Assembly: GCA_902761275.1 (NCBI GenBank)
Contig: CACWJS010000016.1
Coordinates: forward strand, 1,581-65,580
DNA: 64,000 bases
Direction: 5' to 3'
Origin: an uncultured bacterium
GTDB taxonomy: Bacteria; Verrucomicrobiota; Kiritimatiellia; RFP12; UBA1067
Shown here: piece after piece, positions 1 through 9,794 of the stretch
Numbering within the stretch: the first letter of the stretch is position 1
Layout: every line of letters begins with the position of its first letter
Made by a program: the position numbers and the translations under genes
Notes under the pieces: generated by a model
Told to the model about the DNA's origin: nothing
What the model saw: the letters and a program-made list of their open reading frames with translations, nothing else
Database searches by the model: none

Positions 1-483
1 GTTCACGTCTATGATATCCGGCTTTAGCGCAAGCGCGTCTGCAACGTTTTCGACACCAATGCGACCGGCAACTATCGACTTGTAATTGCCGTCCCTGAAC
101 GCCGTATCGCCGTCGCCGTGCGACGAGTCGAAAAGAACGCCGTCGCCTTTCGCGCCCCCGGCGAGCGCCCACACCTCAAAGCCCTCGGCCTTAAGCGCGG
201 CGACATCCTCTTCGGTTGCGCGACGGTGCAGCTGAACGACATCGAGCCCCGTGCAGCGCATCGTCTCGATTATTTGAGCGGGCGTCTCGCGGACGAACAC
301 GCCTACGAGCCGAACACGCCGCCTTAGAGACGCGCCGAGCGACGAGACGATCTCCGCCGCCTTCTCGACCGTCACGTAGCGCGGCGACGACGGCTCGAAG
401 ATGAAGCCGAGGTAGTCGACCCCAAGGCGCACAGCCTCCGCCGCGAACACGGCGTCGTTCGTTCCGCAGACCTTGATTTTCAT
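1..483 (-). CDS. trpF: phosphoribosylanthranilate isomerase TrpF (C-terminus cut by window edge)
   Basis: Own translation of minus strand from ATG at 483: MKIKVCGTNDAVFAAEAVRLGVDYLGFIFEPSSPRYV..., a TrpF-like N-terminus. ATGA overlap with trpA stop at 480. Absent from ORF track because no stop lies in the window. Confidence 0.75.
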   Translation of the reverse strand, partial: MKIKVCGTNDAVFAAEAVRLGVDYLGFIFEPSSPRYVTVEKAAEIVSSLGASLRRRVRLVGVFVRETPAQIIETMRCTGLDVVQLHRRATEEDVAALKAEGFEVWALAGGAKGDGVLFDSSHGDGDTAFRDGNYKSIVAGRIGVENVADALALKPDIIDVN

Positions 484-1220
484 GACTGCGCGCCGAATCT
501 CTTGACGAGAGCAGAGCCGATGATGTAGCCATCCGCATGGCGGCATATCTCGTCGGCTTGCTCCTTTGAGGAAATTCCGAAGCCCGCTGCAATCGGAAGC
601 TTTACCGCCGCACGGACTGCCTCGAGTCGCGAAGAAAGCTCCTTCGGGAGGTCCTTCCTTGCGCCAGTGATGCCCTTTACTGTGATGACATAGAGGAACG
701 TGTTCTCAAGCCCTTCCGCGCTCGCCTTTACGCGCTCGATCGGCGTGTTGGGTGCAATCAGCGGAACGTACGACATCCCGCGCGGCTTAAGAACCGCCAG
801 AAGTTCGTCGCGCTCCTCAAGCGGCAGATCCACTGCGAGGACTGCGTCTATCCCGGCATCGGCCGCCTCGTCCGCAAACTTCTCAAGCCCGTTGGCGAAG
901 AGAAGATTGTAGTACGAGAAGAGGACGAGCCCCGTCTCGGGATGGCGCGAGCGGACACGCTTCGCGAGCGCAATGACGTCATGGAGCGTTACGCCCTGGC
1001 GTAGCGCCTCGTATGCGGCGGCGCGTATCACCGCACCGTCGGCAAACGGGTCGGAGAACGGCACGCCGAGCTCGATTATGTCTGCGCCCTCGGAGATCAG
1101 CGTCTCGACAGCGGCCTCGCTCTTTTCAAGCGTTGGATAGCCAATCGTCATGTACGCGACAAATGCGCCGCGCCCCTCTGACTTGGCCTTTGCAAAACAA
1201 TCTGTAATTCTCTGTTTCAT
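480..1220 (-). CDS. trpA: tryptophan synthase alpha chain
   Basis: ORF 480..1259. TrpA-like sequence (AFVAYMTIGYP, ELGVPFSDPFADG). Start trimmed to ATG 1220 (MKQRITD) because upstream codons are read-through of the octamer repeat. Confidence 0.9.
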   Translation of the reverse strand: MKQRITDCFAKAKSEGRGAFVAYMTIGYPTLEKSEAAVETLISEGADIIELGVPFSDPFADGAVIRAAAYEALRQGVTLHDVIALAKRVRSRHPETGLVLFSYYNLLFANGLEKFADEAADAGIDAVLAVDLPLEERDELLAVLKPRGMSYVPLIAPNTPIERVKASAEGLENTFLYVITVKGITGARKDLPKELSSRLEAVRAAVKLPIAAGFGISSKEQADEICRHADGYIIGSALVKRFGAQS

Positions 1221-1241
1221 GATTATTTGTCCTGTATGTTC

Positions 1242-1313
1242 CAACTTTTCGCCTTTCAACTTTTTAACTTTTCAACTTTTCAACCTTTCAACTTTTCAAC
1301 TTTTCAACCTTTT
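1242..1313. repeat. octamer tandem array, CAAC(T/C)TTT orientation on + strand
   Basis: Direct reading: caacttttcgcctttcaactttttaacttttcaacttttcaacctttcaacttttcaacttttcaacc. Lies between trpA start and trpB; the last trpB codons and its stop fall inside the array. Confidence 0.95.
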
Positions 1314-2477
1314 ATATGCGAGAATGTTTTCAAGGTCCTTGTCGCCGCGCCCCGAAAGGCACACGAGAAGGATCGTATCCTTGGAAAGCGACGGCGCGCG
1401 CTTTATCGCCTCTGCGAGCGCATGGCTCGACTCGAGCGCGGGGATAATGCCCTCGTAGCGGCACAAGTCGTCGAACGCGGCTATCGCCTCGTCGTCCGTA
1501 ATCGACGAATATTCGGCACGACCCGTGTCGTGGAGATGGCAGTGCTCAGGGCCAACGCCTGGGTAGTCAAGTCCGGCAGATACGGAATACGTGTCGATCA
1601 CGTTGCCATCTGCCGTCTGGAGAAGCATCGTCTTGGCGCCGTGGAGAACGCCAAGACGTCCGCCGTTGATCGACGCAGCATGCTCGCCAGTCGCGATCCC
1701 CTTGCCAGCCGCCTCGACGCCGACGAGCTTTACGTCAGCGTCATCCATAAACCCGGCAAAGAGCCCGATGGCATTGGAACCGCCGCCGACGCACGCAATC
1801 GCCTGGTCGGGAAGCCGACCGAACTTCGCGAGGCACTGGCGACGTGCCTCCTTGCCGATGACGGATTGGAAGTCCTTTACCATCTCCGGATACGGATAGG
1901 GGCCTGCCGCCGTTCCGATCACGTAGAAAGTGTCGTCGCAATTCGTGACCCAGTCGCGTAGAGCTTCATTCATCGCGTCCTTCAAGGTCGCGCTGCCCTC
2001 CTCTATCGAATGGACGGTCGCACCGAGCATCTTCATGCGCTCGACATTTGGCGCCTGGCGTTTAACGTCGATTGCGCCCATATAGACTTCGCAGGGCATC
2101 CCGAGGAGCGCTGCGACTGTCGCTGTCGCGACGCCGTGCATTCCAGCGCCCGTCTCTGCGATCAAGCGCTTCTTGCCCATGCGCTTAGCTAAGAGCGCCT
2201 GGCCAATTGTGTTGTTGACCTTATGGGCGCCAGTGTGATTTAGGTCCTCGCGCTTCAGGACTATCGTCGCGCCGCCAAGCTTCGCGGAGAGGCGATTGCA
2301 GACGGTGATCGGCGACTCGCGCCCGACATAGTCCTTGAGGAGAGCCGCGAATTCGCGCTGGAACTCTGGGTCTTTCTTCGCTTCGAGATAGGCCGCCGCA
2401 AGTTCGTTAAGTGGTCCCATCAGCGTTTCGGCGACGTACTGTCCGCCGTATGGTCCGTAATGTTTTGTCGTGTTCAT
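1296..2477 (-). CDS. trpB: tryptophan synthase beta chain
   Basis: ORF 1296..2579. Strong TrpB sequence ([26 protein letters not shown]). Start set to ATG 2477 (MNTTKHYG) because upstream codons are repeat read-through. C-terminal KRLKS* is encoded by the array. Confidence 0.93.
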   Translation of the reverse strand: MNTTKHYGPYGGQYVAETLMGPLNELAAAYLEAKKDPEFQREFAALLKDYVGRESPITVCNRLSAKLGGATIVLKREDLNHTGAHKVNNTIGQALLAKRMGKKRLIAETGAGMHGVATATVAALLGMPCEVYMGAIDVKRQAPNVERMKMLGATVHSIEEGSATLKDAMNEALRDWVTNCDDTFYVIGTAAGPYPYPEMVKDFQSVIGKEARRQCLAKFGRLPDQAIACVGGGSNAIGLFAGFMDDADVKLVGVEAAGKGIATGEHAASINGGRLGVLHGAKTMLLQTADGNVIDTYSVSAGLDYPGVGPEHCHLHDTGRAEYSSITDDEAIAAFDDLCRYEGIIPALESSHALAEAIKRAPSLSKDTILLVCLSGRGDKDLENILAYKRLKS

Positions 2478-2478
2478 G

Positions 2479-2556
2479 ATGAAAAAGTTGAAAAGTTGAA
2501 AAGTTGAAAGGTTGAAAGGTTGAAAAGTTGAAAGGTTGAAAAGTTGAAGGGTTGAG
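2479..2556. repeat. octamer tandem array, TTGAAA(A/G)G orientation on + strand
   Basis: Direct reading: gaaaaagttgaaaagttgaaaagttgaaaggttgaaaggttgaaaagttgaaaggttgaaaagttgaagggttgag. Inverted relative to array 1242..1313. Confidence 0.95.
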
Positions 2557-2559
2557 ATA

Positions 2560-3237
2560 CTATAGGGTTGCTGACTCAAGAAGGCTCCGCAGCGCCCCTT
2601 CAGGATCTTTTGACTTCATGAGAGCAGTTCCTATAAGGAACGCGTTTGCGCCCGCAGCACGAAGACGCGCAATGTCCGCGCTTGTCTTTATGCCGCTCTC
2701 CGCGACCTTGACGATGCCGTCGGGAATCGCCTTGAGAAGCCGCTCGGATATAGAGACATCCACAGTGAAGTTGGAAAGGTCGCGGCAGTTGACGCCGATA
2801 ATGTCAGCGCCAACTGCAACAGCCCTCTTTATCTCCTCCTCGCTGTGCGTCTCGACAAGCGCATCAAGCCCGAGACCGCGCGCCTCGGCAAGAAGCTCTG
2901 AAAGCTTCTCGTCGTCGAGGTAGCGGACAATTAGAAGCGCCGCGCTCGCGCCTGCTGCCTTCACCTCGTGAAGTCGCTCCTTCTCCGAGATGAAGTCTTT
3001 CGCAAGAAGCGGAATCTTCGCGCCAGACGCGGCGACGCGCCGCAAGTCCTCGACGCTGCCCTTGAATCGCGCGGCGTCGCAGAGGACCGACATCGCAGCC
3101 GCCCCTCCCTGCTCGTATATTTTCGCCTTTGCGACCGGATCGGCCGCGACGTCGATATCGCCAAGCGACGGCGATGCGCGCTTGAATTCGGCGATAATAT
3201 TTACGCCTTCCCTACTCAGTGCATCTTTGAAGTGCAT
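2560..3237 (-). CDS. trpC: indole-3-glycerol phosphate synthase (short N-terminus)
   Basis: ORF 2560..3291. IGPS motif [16 protein letters not shown] 3237 (MHFKDAL) preferred; it overlaps the trpGD 3' end by 22 nt. Alternative start at 3291. Confidence 0.8.
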   Translation of the reverse strand: MHFKDALSREGVNIIAEFKRASPSLGDIDVAADPVAKAKIYEQGGAAAMSVLCDAARFKGSVEDLRRVAASGAKIPLLAKDFISEKERLHEVKAAGASAALLIVRYLDDEKLSELLAEARGLGLDALVETHSEEEIKRAVAVGADIIGVNCRDLSNFTVDVSISERLLKAIPDGIVKVAESGIKTSADIARLRAAGANAFLIGTALMKSKDPEGALRSLLESATL

Positions 3238-4775
3238 TTCACGAACTCCTGTAGCTTTTCCGACGCACGCCCCGAGTCGATTGACTCGCAAGCAAGCTTG
3301 TAACCTTCTTCCATCGTCGCCGCCTTGCTTGCTGCGACGATTGCCGCCGCCGCGTTGACAAGAACGGCATCCCGCCTGACGCCGCCAATTTCGCCGGAGA
3401 GAATCCCGCGAAGGACTGCGGCGTTCTCCGCGGCATCTCCACCGGCAAGCCCCGCCAAGTCGCGCTCTTGCTTTGGAAGCACCGAATCGGCGCTAAAGAG
3501 CCCCGTCGATATCTTGCCGCCCTTTAGCTCCGAGAGAATCGTGAATCCAGTCGGCGCGATTTCGTCCATGCCCTCGGTTCCAGAGAACACAAGCGCATGG
3601 ACGCTGCCAAGTTCCTTAAGCGCCTCAGCAACCGTCGGCACGAGCTTCGGGTCGTAGACGCCAATCGCCTGGCGCGTCACCCCTGCCGGGTTGGTGATGG
3701 GTCCAAGCAGATTGAAGAGCGTCTTGAAACCGAGCTGTCTGCGCACGTTCGCCGCGAAGCGCATGCCCGGGTGGTAGCGCTGGGCGAAGAGAAACGCCAT
3801 CCCCGTCTCGTCGAAGCACCTGCGGACGCCGTCCGGCTTGAGCGTCAAGTCGACGCCAAGTTCCCTAAGAACGTCAGCGGCACCGCACTTTGAAGTAGCG
3901 GCGACATTGCCGTGCTTGGCGATCTTCACGCCCGCCCCCGCGGCGACGAACGCGGCGGTAGTGGAGATGTTTATCGTATGCCGCCCGTCTCCGCCGGTTC
4001 CGACGAGATCGACGGCATCGTCGCAGCCGAGATCGACACGGCCCATCGCGTCGCGCATTGCCCGCGCAGCGCCCACGAGACGCGCCGTGGAAACGGGACG
4101 CTCGCGGCTGTCGGTGAGCAGCGCGAAGAGCTCGCGCTCCGAGTAGTCGCCGCGGAGGATGCCGCGGAATTCGTGGTAGGCGACGGTCTCCGCGGACGAT
4201 TCGCGCCGCGCCTCGATGCCGAAGAAGTTGCGGAGCTGGCCGATTCCCTCGGGAGTGCCAATCGACTCGGGATGGTACTGCACCGACTCTATCGGCATCG
4301 TCTTGTGGTGAAGCGCCATTATCTCGCCGTCGTCTGTCTCGGCGGAAATCTCGAAGCAATCGGGGAGAGTTGCGCGATCCACTGCGAGAGAATGATAGCG
4401 CATCGCCTCGAAACCCTGAGGAAGCCCCTCGAAGATGCCCTTCCCGTCGTGGCGAATGCGGCTCGTCTTGCCGTGCATAAGCGACTTCGCGTGGACAATG
4501 CGCCCGCCGAACGCCTGTGCAATCGTCTGGTGACCGAGGCAGACGCCGAGAATCGGGATCTTCCCCGCAAACGCCTTAACCGCCGCGAGCGAGATTCCGG
4601 CAGAGTCGGGATTGCCTGGACCGGGGGATATGACGAGAGAGTCTGGCTTCAGCGCCGCGATTCCGTCGACGTCGATCTTGTCGTTCCTGAACACCTTGAT
4701 GTCGATGCCAAGTCCTGCTATCGCCTGGACAAGGTTGTAGGTGAACGAATCGTAGTTGTCTATGAGGACTGTCAT
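3216..4775 (-). CDS. trpGD: fused anthranilate synthase glutamine amidotransferase (TrpG) / anthranilate phosphoribosyltransferase (TrpD)
   Basis: 519-aa ORF. N-terminal half is GATase-like (MTVLIDNYDSFTYNLVQ, GVCLGHQ). C-terminal half is TrpD-like (VDLVGTGGDG, KIAKHGN). Confidence 0.9.
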   Translation of the reverse strand: MTVLIDNYDSFTYNLVQAIAGLGIDIKVFRNDKIDVDGIAALKPDSLVISPGPGNPDSAGISLAAVKAFAGKIPILGVCLGHQTIAQAFGGRIVHAKSLMHGKTSRIRHDGKGIFEGLPQGFEAMRYHSLAVDRATLPDCFEISAETDDGEIMALHHKTMPIESVQYHPESIGTPEGIGQLRNFFGIEARRESSAETVAYHEFRGILRGDYSERELFALLTDSRERPVSTARLVGAARAMRDAMGRVDLGCDDAVDLVGTGGDGRHTINISTTAAFVAAGAGVKIAKHGNVAATSKCGAADVLRELGVDLTLKPDGVRRCFDETGMAFLFAQRYHPGMRFAANVRRQLGFKTLFNLLGPITNPAGVTRQAIGVYDPKLVPTVAEALKELGSVHALVFSGTEGMDEIAPTGFTILSELKGGKISTGLFSADSVLPKQERDLAGLAGGDAAENAAVLRGILSGEIGGVRRDAVLVNAAAAIVAASKAATMEEGYKLACESIDSGRASEKLQEFVKCTSKMH

Positions 4776-6172
4776 ACAAGCTCCTTTGCGAACTCCGCCG
4801 CCTGGAAGACGGCCTTCGACTTGTTTATCGTCTCCTGGTACTCCTTCGCGGGATCGGAGTCCGCCACGATTCCCGCGCCGGCGCGCATCGTGAGAACGCC
4901 GTCCTCGAGAACCATCGTGCGGATCACTATCGCGAAGTCCATGTCGCCGGTGTAGCTGAAGTACCCCGCCGCTCCGCCGTATACACCGCGCGGAGACTTC
5001 TCGTACTCGGCGAGAAGCTCCATCGCGCGGATCTTCGGTGCGCCGGTGAGCGTGCCTGCAGGGAACGCCGCCTTGAAAAGCCCTTGTGCGTCGGCCTTCT
5101 CTGGATCAAGCTCGCCGTAGACATTTGAGACGATGTGCATCACGTGCGAATAGCGCTCGATGTGCGCGAGGTCGCGCACCGCGACAGTGCCCGTCTTCGC
5201 GACGCGGCCGAGGTCGTTACGCGCGAGATCGACGAGCATCATGTGCTCGGCGCGTTCCTTGGGGTCAGCAAGAAGTTCCGCCTCAAGTGCACGGTCCATC
5301 TCGGGCGTCGCGCCACGCGGACGTGTGCCGGCGATCGGGGCGATTGAGCCAATCCCCTTTTCAAGGCGCACGAGCTCCTCAGGCGAAGAGCCGATCAACG
5401 TCTTCGAGCCGACGCGGAGGAAGAAGTTGTAGGGCGACGGGTTCACGAGTCGCAAGGCGCGATAGAGTGCGAGCGGCGGGATATCCGTCTTTGCTGTGAA
5501 CTTCTGCGACGGAACGATCTGGATCACCTCGCCCGCACGAATCGCCTCTTTGCAACGACCGACGATTGCGCAGAACTCGTCTTCTGTCATCTCTGGCACA
5601 AACTCTGAAAGCGACGGCTCGCGCGATGCAGCGGCGGGTGTGTGCCCTTCGACGTAGTGCGCGATGGACTCAGCGGAAAGGAGGCGTTTGCGCAGTTCCT
5701 CGATCTCGCGCATCGTCCTCTCGTAGGCGTCGGGTGCGTCGTTCGCCGCGACCTTTGCAACTATCGCTGTGTCGCGAACGGAGTCGAACACGACGAACGA
5801 GTCTACGGTCATGAATGCCTCAGGCGGCGTTCCATCCTCGTGGCGGCGTGGAACGCGCGGCTCGAAGTCCGACACGGACTCGTAGGCAAAGTATCCGACG
5901 CGACCACCCTGGAAAGACGACAACTCCGGCGCAGCGACAAAAGGCCTCTCGTCAGGCTTCTCGACCGGATCGAGGCCGAGATACGAGTAGCGTCCCTTGC
6001 GCTCGCCGTTGTAGACGCTTTCGAGAAGAAAGAGGTCTTTCGGCTCATCGATGATGCGCGTCAACACCGACACGGGTGTCTCGCGGTCTGCGATGAATTC
6101 ACGGAACACCGGCGTGCGTTTCCCGCCCGCGGTCCTCCTTTCGAATTCTTCTTTTGTCAGGTTCTTGAGCAT
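4772..6172 (-). CDS. trpE: anthranilate synthase component I
   Basis: 466-aa ORF with chorismate-binding C-terminus (GTLTGAPKIRAMELL, RGVYGGAAGYFS). ATGA overlap with trpGD. AAGGAGA SD upstream. Confidence 0.92.
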   Translation of the reverse strand: MLKNLTKEEFERRTAGGKRTPVFREFIADRETPVSVLTRIIDEPKDLFLLESVYNGERKGRYSYLGLDPVEKPDERPFVAAPELSSFQGGRVGYFAYESVSDFEPRVPRRHEDGTPPEAFMTVDSFVVFDSVRDTAIVAKVAANDAPDAYERTMREIEELRKRLLSAESIAHYVEGHTPAAASREPSLSEFVPEMTEDEFCAIVGRCKEAIRAGEVIQIVPSQKFTAKTDIPPLALYRALRLVNPSPYNFFLRVGSKTLIGSSPEELVRLEKGIGSIAPIAGTRPRGATPEMDRALEAELLADPKERAEHMMLVDLARNDLGRVAKTGTVAVRDLAHIERYSHVMHIVSNVYGELDPEKADAQGLFKAAFPAGTLTGAPKIRAMELLAEYEKSPRGVYGGAAGYFSYTGDMDFAIVIRTMVLEDGVLTMRAGAGIVADSDPAKEYQETINKSKAVFQAAEFAKELV

Positions 6173-6202
6173 TTGAATTTCTCCTTGATGAATTTAGTTA
6201 TG

Positions 6203-6244
6203 AAATAAAAGAAAGCGGCCTTACTTACAAAGAAGCAAGGCCGC
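6203..6244 (-). terminator. intrinsic terminator (attenuator) in the trp leader
   Basis: Minus-strand RNA reads GCGGCCUUGCUU-CUUUGU-AAGUAAGGCCGC: a 12-bp stem with one G-U pair and a 6-nt loop. It is followed by UUUCUUUUAUUU and ends 30 nt upstream of the trpE ATG. Confidence 0.8.
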
Positions 6245-6273
6245 CTTCAGGGGGGATAGAACAAAATCCCTGA

Positions 6274-6333
6274 TCACCACGCCTTGCGGACGCAGCGCCA
6301 CCACCAAAAGTTGCTGGAAAGAATCTTGTTCAT
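6274..6333 (-). CDS. trpL: trp operon leader peptide, 19 aa, MNKILSSNFWWWRCVRKAW
   Basis: Own translation: atg aac aag att ctt tcc agc aac ttt tgg tgg tgg cgc tgc gtc cgc aag gcg tgg tga. Three consecutive Trp codons (6306..6298) plus a terminal Trp. Sits between promoter and terminator. Confidence 0.75.
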   Translation of the reverse strand: MNKILSSNFWWWRCVRKAW

Positions 6334-6342
6334 GTGCCATGT

Positions 6343-6351
6343 ATTATACCA
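6343..6351 (-). promoter_or_regulatory. extended -10 box TGGTATAAT (trp promoter)
   Basis: + strand attatacca is the reverse complement of TGGTATAAT. trpL ATG lies 9 nt downstream. Confidence 0.65.
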
Positions 6352-6381
6352 CTACCGTTTCGCCCGGTTCGTATCCATTGA

Positions 6382-7812
6382 TTACGGAATTGGATTTTTT
6401 GTTAAAATTTTTCCGCGCGGCCTAACGCGAGATAGAAAGCGGGCGTGAAGCAGCACAGGCAGAACTGTCGCAAGCTGGCAGATGACATCGGAAATCGGCA
6501 TCGAAAGCCAGATTGCAAACGCCTTGTCGTCGAGAAAGCGAGGAAGGAACCAGATGATCGGCAGAAGGACGACACCCTGGCGAAGAAGCGAGAGCCCTAT
6601 TGCGACCGCGGGCTTTCCAATCGACTGGAAGTACGTCGTTGCGACGACGTTGATCGAAATCGTCCATATCATACAGTTCGCAAGCTGCAAGTCGCTGGCC
6701 GCAAGGTGAATGACATCGGGGTTGTCGCTTGGGACGAACATTCGCGCGACAAGGGTCGGGAACGGTGGCACCACCTGAATGACGAAGGCGAAGACGGTCA
6801 GCGCCGTAGTTACGAGAAAGCCCTTCTTGAGCGTCTCGAGTACGCGGCGGAAGTTCCGCGCACCCCAGTTGTAGCCGAAGATCGGCTGAAGCCCCTGCTG
6901 GCAGCCAAGCACCGGCATTATGACGAGGATAAGCGCACTGTTGAAGACTCCAAGAGAGGCCATCTCGGCAGTGCGCGACGCCTCGTCGGGCATCCACTTT
7001 GCAAACGCAATCTGGAGCGAGGCGATGATCACCGCGCTCATAAAGTGCTGGAGGAACGGTGCAAGCCCTATGGCAAAAGTGCGGCAAAAGAGTGTTGGAT
7101 ATATCCAGATGCGACGCAGCCGAAGACGCACGACGCTCGTTCCGCGAAGATAATAGGAAAACGCCCAGAGGCACGAGAGCAGCATCGAGACGTTCGTCGC
7201 CCATGCAGCGCCTACCACGCCAAGACCGAAACCAAAGATGAGTATCGGGTCGAGGATAACGTTCGCTCCGAAGCCGACGATCATGCACATCATCGCGCGT
7301 ATCGCACCGCCCTCGGCGCGATGCAGCGCGGAGAGGCCGAAGGCAAGGTGGGAGAAGAGATGGGAGAAGAGGACGATTTGCAAATACGATTTCGCCGCGG
7401 CAGCCGCACCAGGCGTCACTTTGTCAGCGCCGCAAAGCGCAAGCACCTCGTCGAGAAAGATATAGAGAAGAGGAATGAGAACTGCATAGAGCAGAATCTT
7501 GAGCGCGATTGTTTCGCCGACGAGCTTCTCGCAAGTCACGCGGTCGCCTTCGCCAAGCTTGATCGAGAGGACTGCCGCATGTCCAACGCCAATGAGCGGG
7601 CCAAACGCCGTAAGCAACATCATCGCCGGCATCGCGAGCTGAATGCCGGCCATCGCGTCCACTCCGCATCCATGGCCTATGAACGCGCGGTCGATTACGG
7701 CATAGAGAGCATTCAAGGTCATCGCGACCAGCGCTGGCCACGAATACCTGAAAAGAAGGCGTCCGATCTTACCGGACGCCAACTCTTTAACCTCAGAATA
7801 CGATAGCGACAT
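6382..7812 (-). CDS. MATE family efflux transporter
   Basis: 476-aa polytopic membrane ORF with a MATE-like N-terminus (LLFRYSWPALVAMTLNALYAVIDRAFIG). Confidence 0.75.
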   Translation of the reverse strand: MSLSYSEVKELASGKIGRLLFRYSWPALVAMTLNALYAVIDRAFIGHGCGVDAMAGIQLAMPAMMLLTAFGPLIGVGHAAVLSIKLGEGDRVTCEKLVGETIALKILLYAVLIPLLYIFLDEVLALCGADKVTPGAAAAAKSYLQIVLFSHLFSHLAFGLSALHRAEGGAIRAMMCMIVGFGANVILDPILIFGFGLGVVGAAWATNVSMLLSCLWAFSYYLRGTSVVRLRLRRIWIYPTLFCRTFAIGLAPFLQHFMSAVIIASLQIAFAKWMPDEASRTAEMASLGVFNSALILVIMPVLGCQQGLQPIFGYNWGARNFRRVLETLKKGFLVTTALTVFAFVIQVVPPFPTLVARMFVPSDNPDVIHLAASDLQLANCMIWTISINVVATTYFQSIGKPAVAIGLSLLRQGVVLLPIIWFLPRFLDDKAFAIWLSMPISDVICQLATVLPVLLHARFLSRVRPRGKILTKNPIP

Positions 7813-8395
7813 CAGGAAGCGACTTTCGTATCCGCGCCATTTCGTCTGGCGCCATCTGGAGATCTCCGAGCTGGAGCGCCTTCAGGCGTCGCCAGGCCGA
7901 TAGGTCGTCGGGCAGCTTTGTTATCTTCGTGCGCGAGAAGGAGAGGAATTCAAGCCCTTCCTTCTTTGCAAGCCACTCGGGAATTTCCGAAACGGGGTTC
8001 CCAGAAAGGTCGATATCCGTAAGCGAAGGAAGGTCCTTCAGCGTCTCGGGAACTTCGTTGAACCTGTTGTCCCTGAGGTAGATGCGGCGAAGCGACTTCA
8101 GTTCACCAAGCGGCGGAAGAGCCGAAAGCTGGTTCGAGTTGAGTCGAAGCCACTTGAGCCCAGTGAGAGAAGCAACTTCGTCGACATTCGTGAGCGCGTT
8201 GCGGTCGAGGTTCAGGTAGTCGATCTTCGAGGCGTCGAACGACTGCCCCTTAAGGTCTGCGAGCCCCTGTTCCTTGAGATATATGCGCGCGCCTTCCGGA
8301 ACCGACTTGTACGCCGGCTCCGGCTCGTCGAAGCAACCCGCGAACGCGGCGGAAACCGCCGCGAACGCGAATGCCTTTCTGAGAACGCGATTCAT
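7793..8395 (-). CDS. leucine-rich-repeat lipoprotein
   Basis: Signal peptide with lipobox (AAFAGC). LRR units: LKWLRLNSNQLSALP, LRRIYLRDNRFNEVP, LTDIDLSGNPVSEIP. Confidence 0.7.
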   Translation of the reverse strand: MNRVLRKAFAFAAVSAAFAGCFDEPEPAYKSVPEGARIYLKEQGLADLKGQSFDASKIDYLNLDRNALTNVDEVASLTGLKWLRLNSNQLSALPPLGELKSLRRIYLRDNRFNEVPETLKDLPSLTDIDLSGNPVSEIPEWLAKKEGLEFLSFSRTKITKLPDDLSAWRRLKALQLGDLQMAPDEMARIRKSLPDVAIVF

Positions 8396-8397
8396 CT

Positions 8398-9153
<756 letters not shown>

Positions 9154-9180
9154 TTTAATTATTACTCCTGTTTTAAATTC

Positions 9181-9248
9181 CAAACTTAAACCTTAAACCC
9201 TCAACTTTTCAACCTTTCAACCTTTCAACTTTTCAACTTTAAACTTCC
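9181..9248. repeat. octamer array (CAAC(T/C)TTT plus TAAACC variants)
   Basis: caaacttaaaccttaaaccctcaacttttcaacctttcaacctttcaacttttcaactttaaactt. The last ~8-10 comEB codons (KFKVEKLKG) and its TGA stop are encoded by the array. Confidence 0.9.
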
Positions 9249-9699
9249 TATGCTTCACCCCAGATGCCTTGAACATCTCCTTCACCTTGTCAATAAAGGC
9301 GTAGTCGCCACCGTAGACGACCTCCTTAATGCCGGAGTTGATTATAAGCTTCGCGCAGGTGAGGCAAGGGGAAATCGTGATGTAGATCGTGCCGCCAGCG
9401 ATGGAGTTGCCGTAGTAGGCGGCCTGGCAGATCGCGTTCTGCTCGGCGTGGGTGCAAAGGCACTCTTCGAGGTGCGTACCACTCTTCGTCGTCCCGGCGC
9501 ACCTTGGACAGCCGCCTGCAAAGCAGTTCTTGACGCCGCGCGGAGTGCCGTTGTAGCCGGTGGAAAGAATGTGGTTGTCCTTCATGATGACGGCACCAAC
9601 CGAACGGCGCAGGCAATTGCTGCGCTTGGAGACGACTTCCGCGATCTCCATAAAGTACTCGTCCCAGCTCGGACGCGGATCTTTTTTCTTTGCCGCCAT
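9217..9699 (-). CDS. comEB: dCMP deaminase (ComEB family)
   Basis: C-terminal part of ORF 9217..10599 from ATG 9699 (MAAKKKDPRPSWDEYFMEIA). Zinc motifs HAEQNAI and PCLTCAKLI. Confidence 0.85.
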   Translation of the reverse strand: MAAKKKDPRPSWDEYFMEIAEVVSKRSNCLRRSVGAVIMKDNHILSTGYNGTPRGVKNCFAGGCPRCAGTTKSGTHLEECLCTHAEQNAICQAAYYGNSIAGGTIYITISPCLTCAKLIINSGIKEVVYGGDYAFIDKVKEMFKASGVKHRKFKVEKLKG

Positions 9700-9704
9700 C
9701 GTAT

Positions 9705-9794
9705 TGGCGGAGGGGGCGGGATTCGAACCCGCGGTGGAGTTGCCCCCACACAACCTTTCCAAGGTTGCACCATCGACCACTCGGACACCCCTCC
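9705..9794 (-). tRNA. tRNA-Ser (anticodon GGA), CCA encoded
   Basis: Reverse complement GGAGGGGTGTCCGAGTGG...CAACC-TTGGAAA-GGTTG...GCGGGTTCGAATCCCGCCCCCTCCGCCA folds as a class II cloverleaf with a long variable arm. Confidence 0.85.

Noticed and set aside
2478-2579. N-terminal extensions of trpB, trpA (1221-1259), the MFS gene (22117-22185) and others through octamer arrays (STFQLFNL-type peptides)
   Set aside because: The CAACTTTT orientation is open in all frames, so ORF callers run through it. Conserved N-termini begin at internal ATGs ([20 protein letters not shown]).
6338-6340. Upstream ATG in the trp leader (MAHEQDSF… frame), and helicase ATG at 58042
   Set aside because: Both lie only 2 nt from the -10 hexamer and so would be upstream of the predicted TSS. 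The 6340 frame contains no Trp codons.
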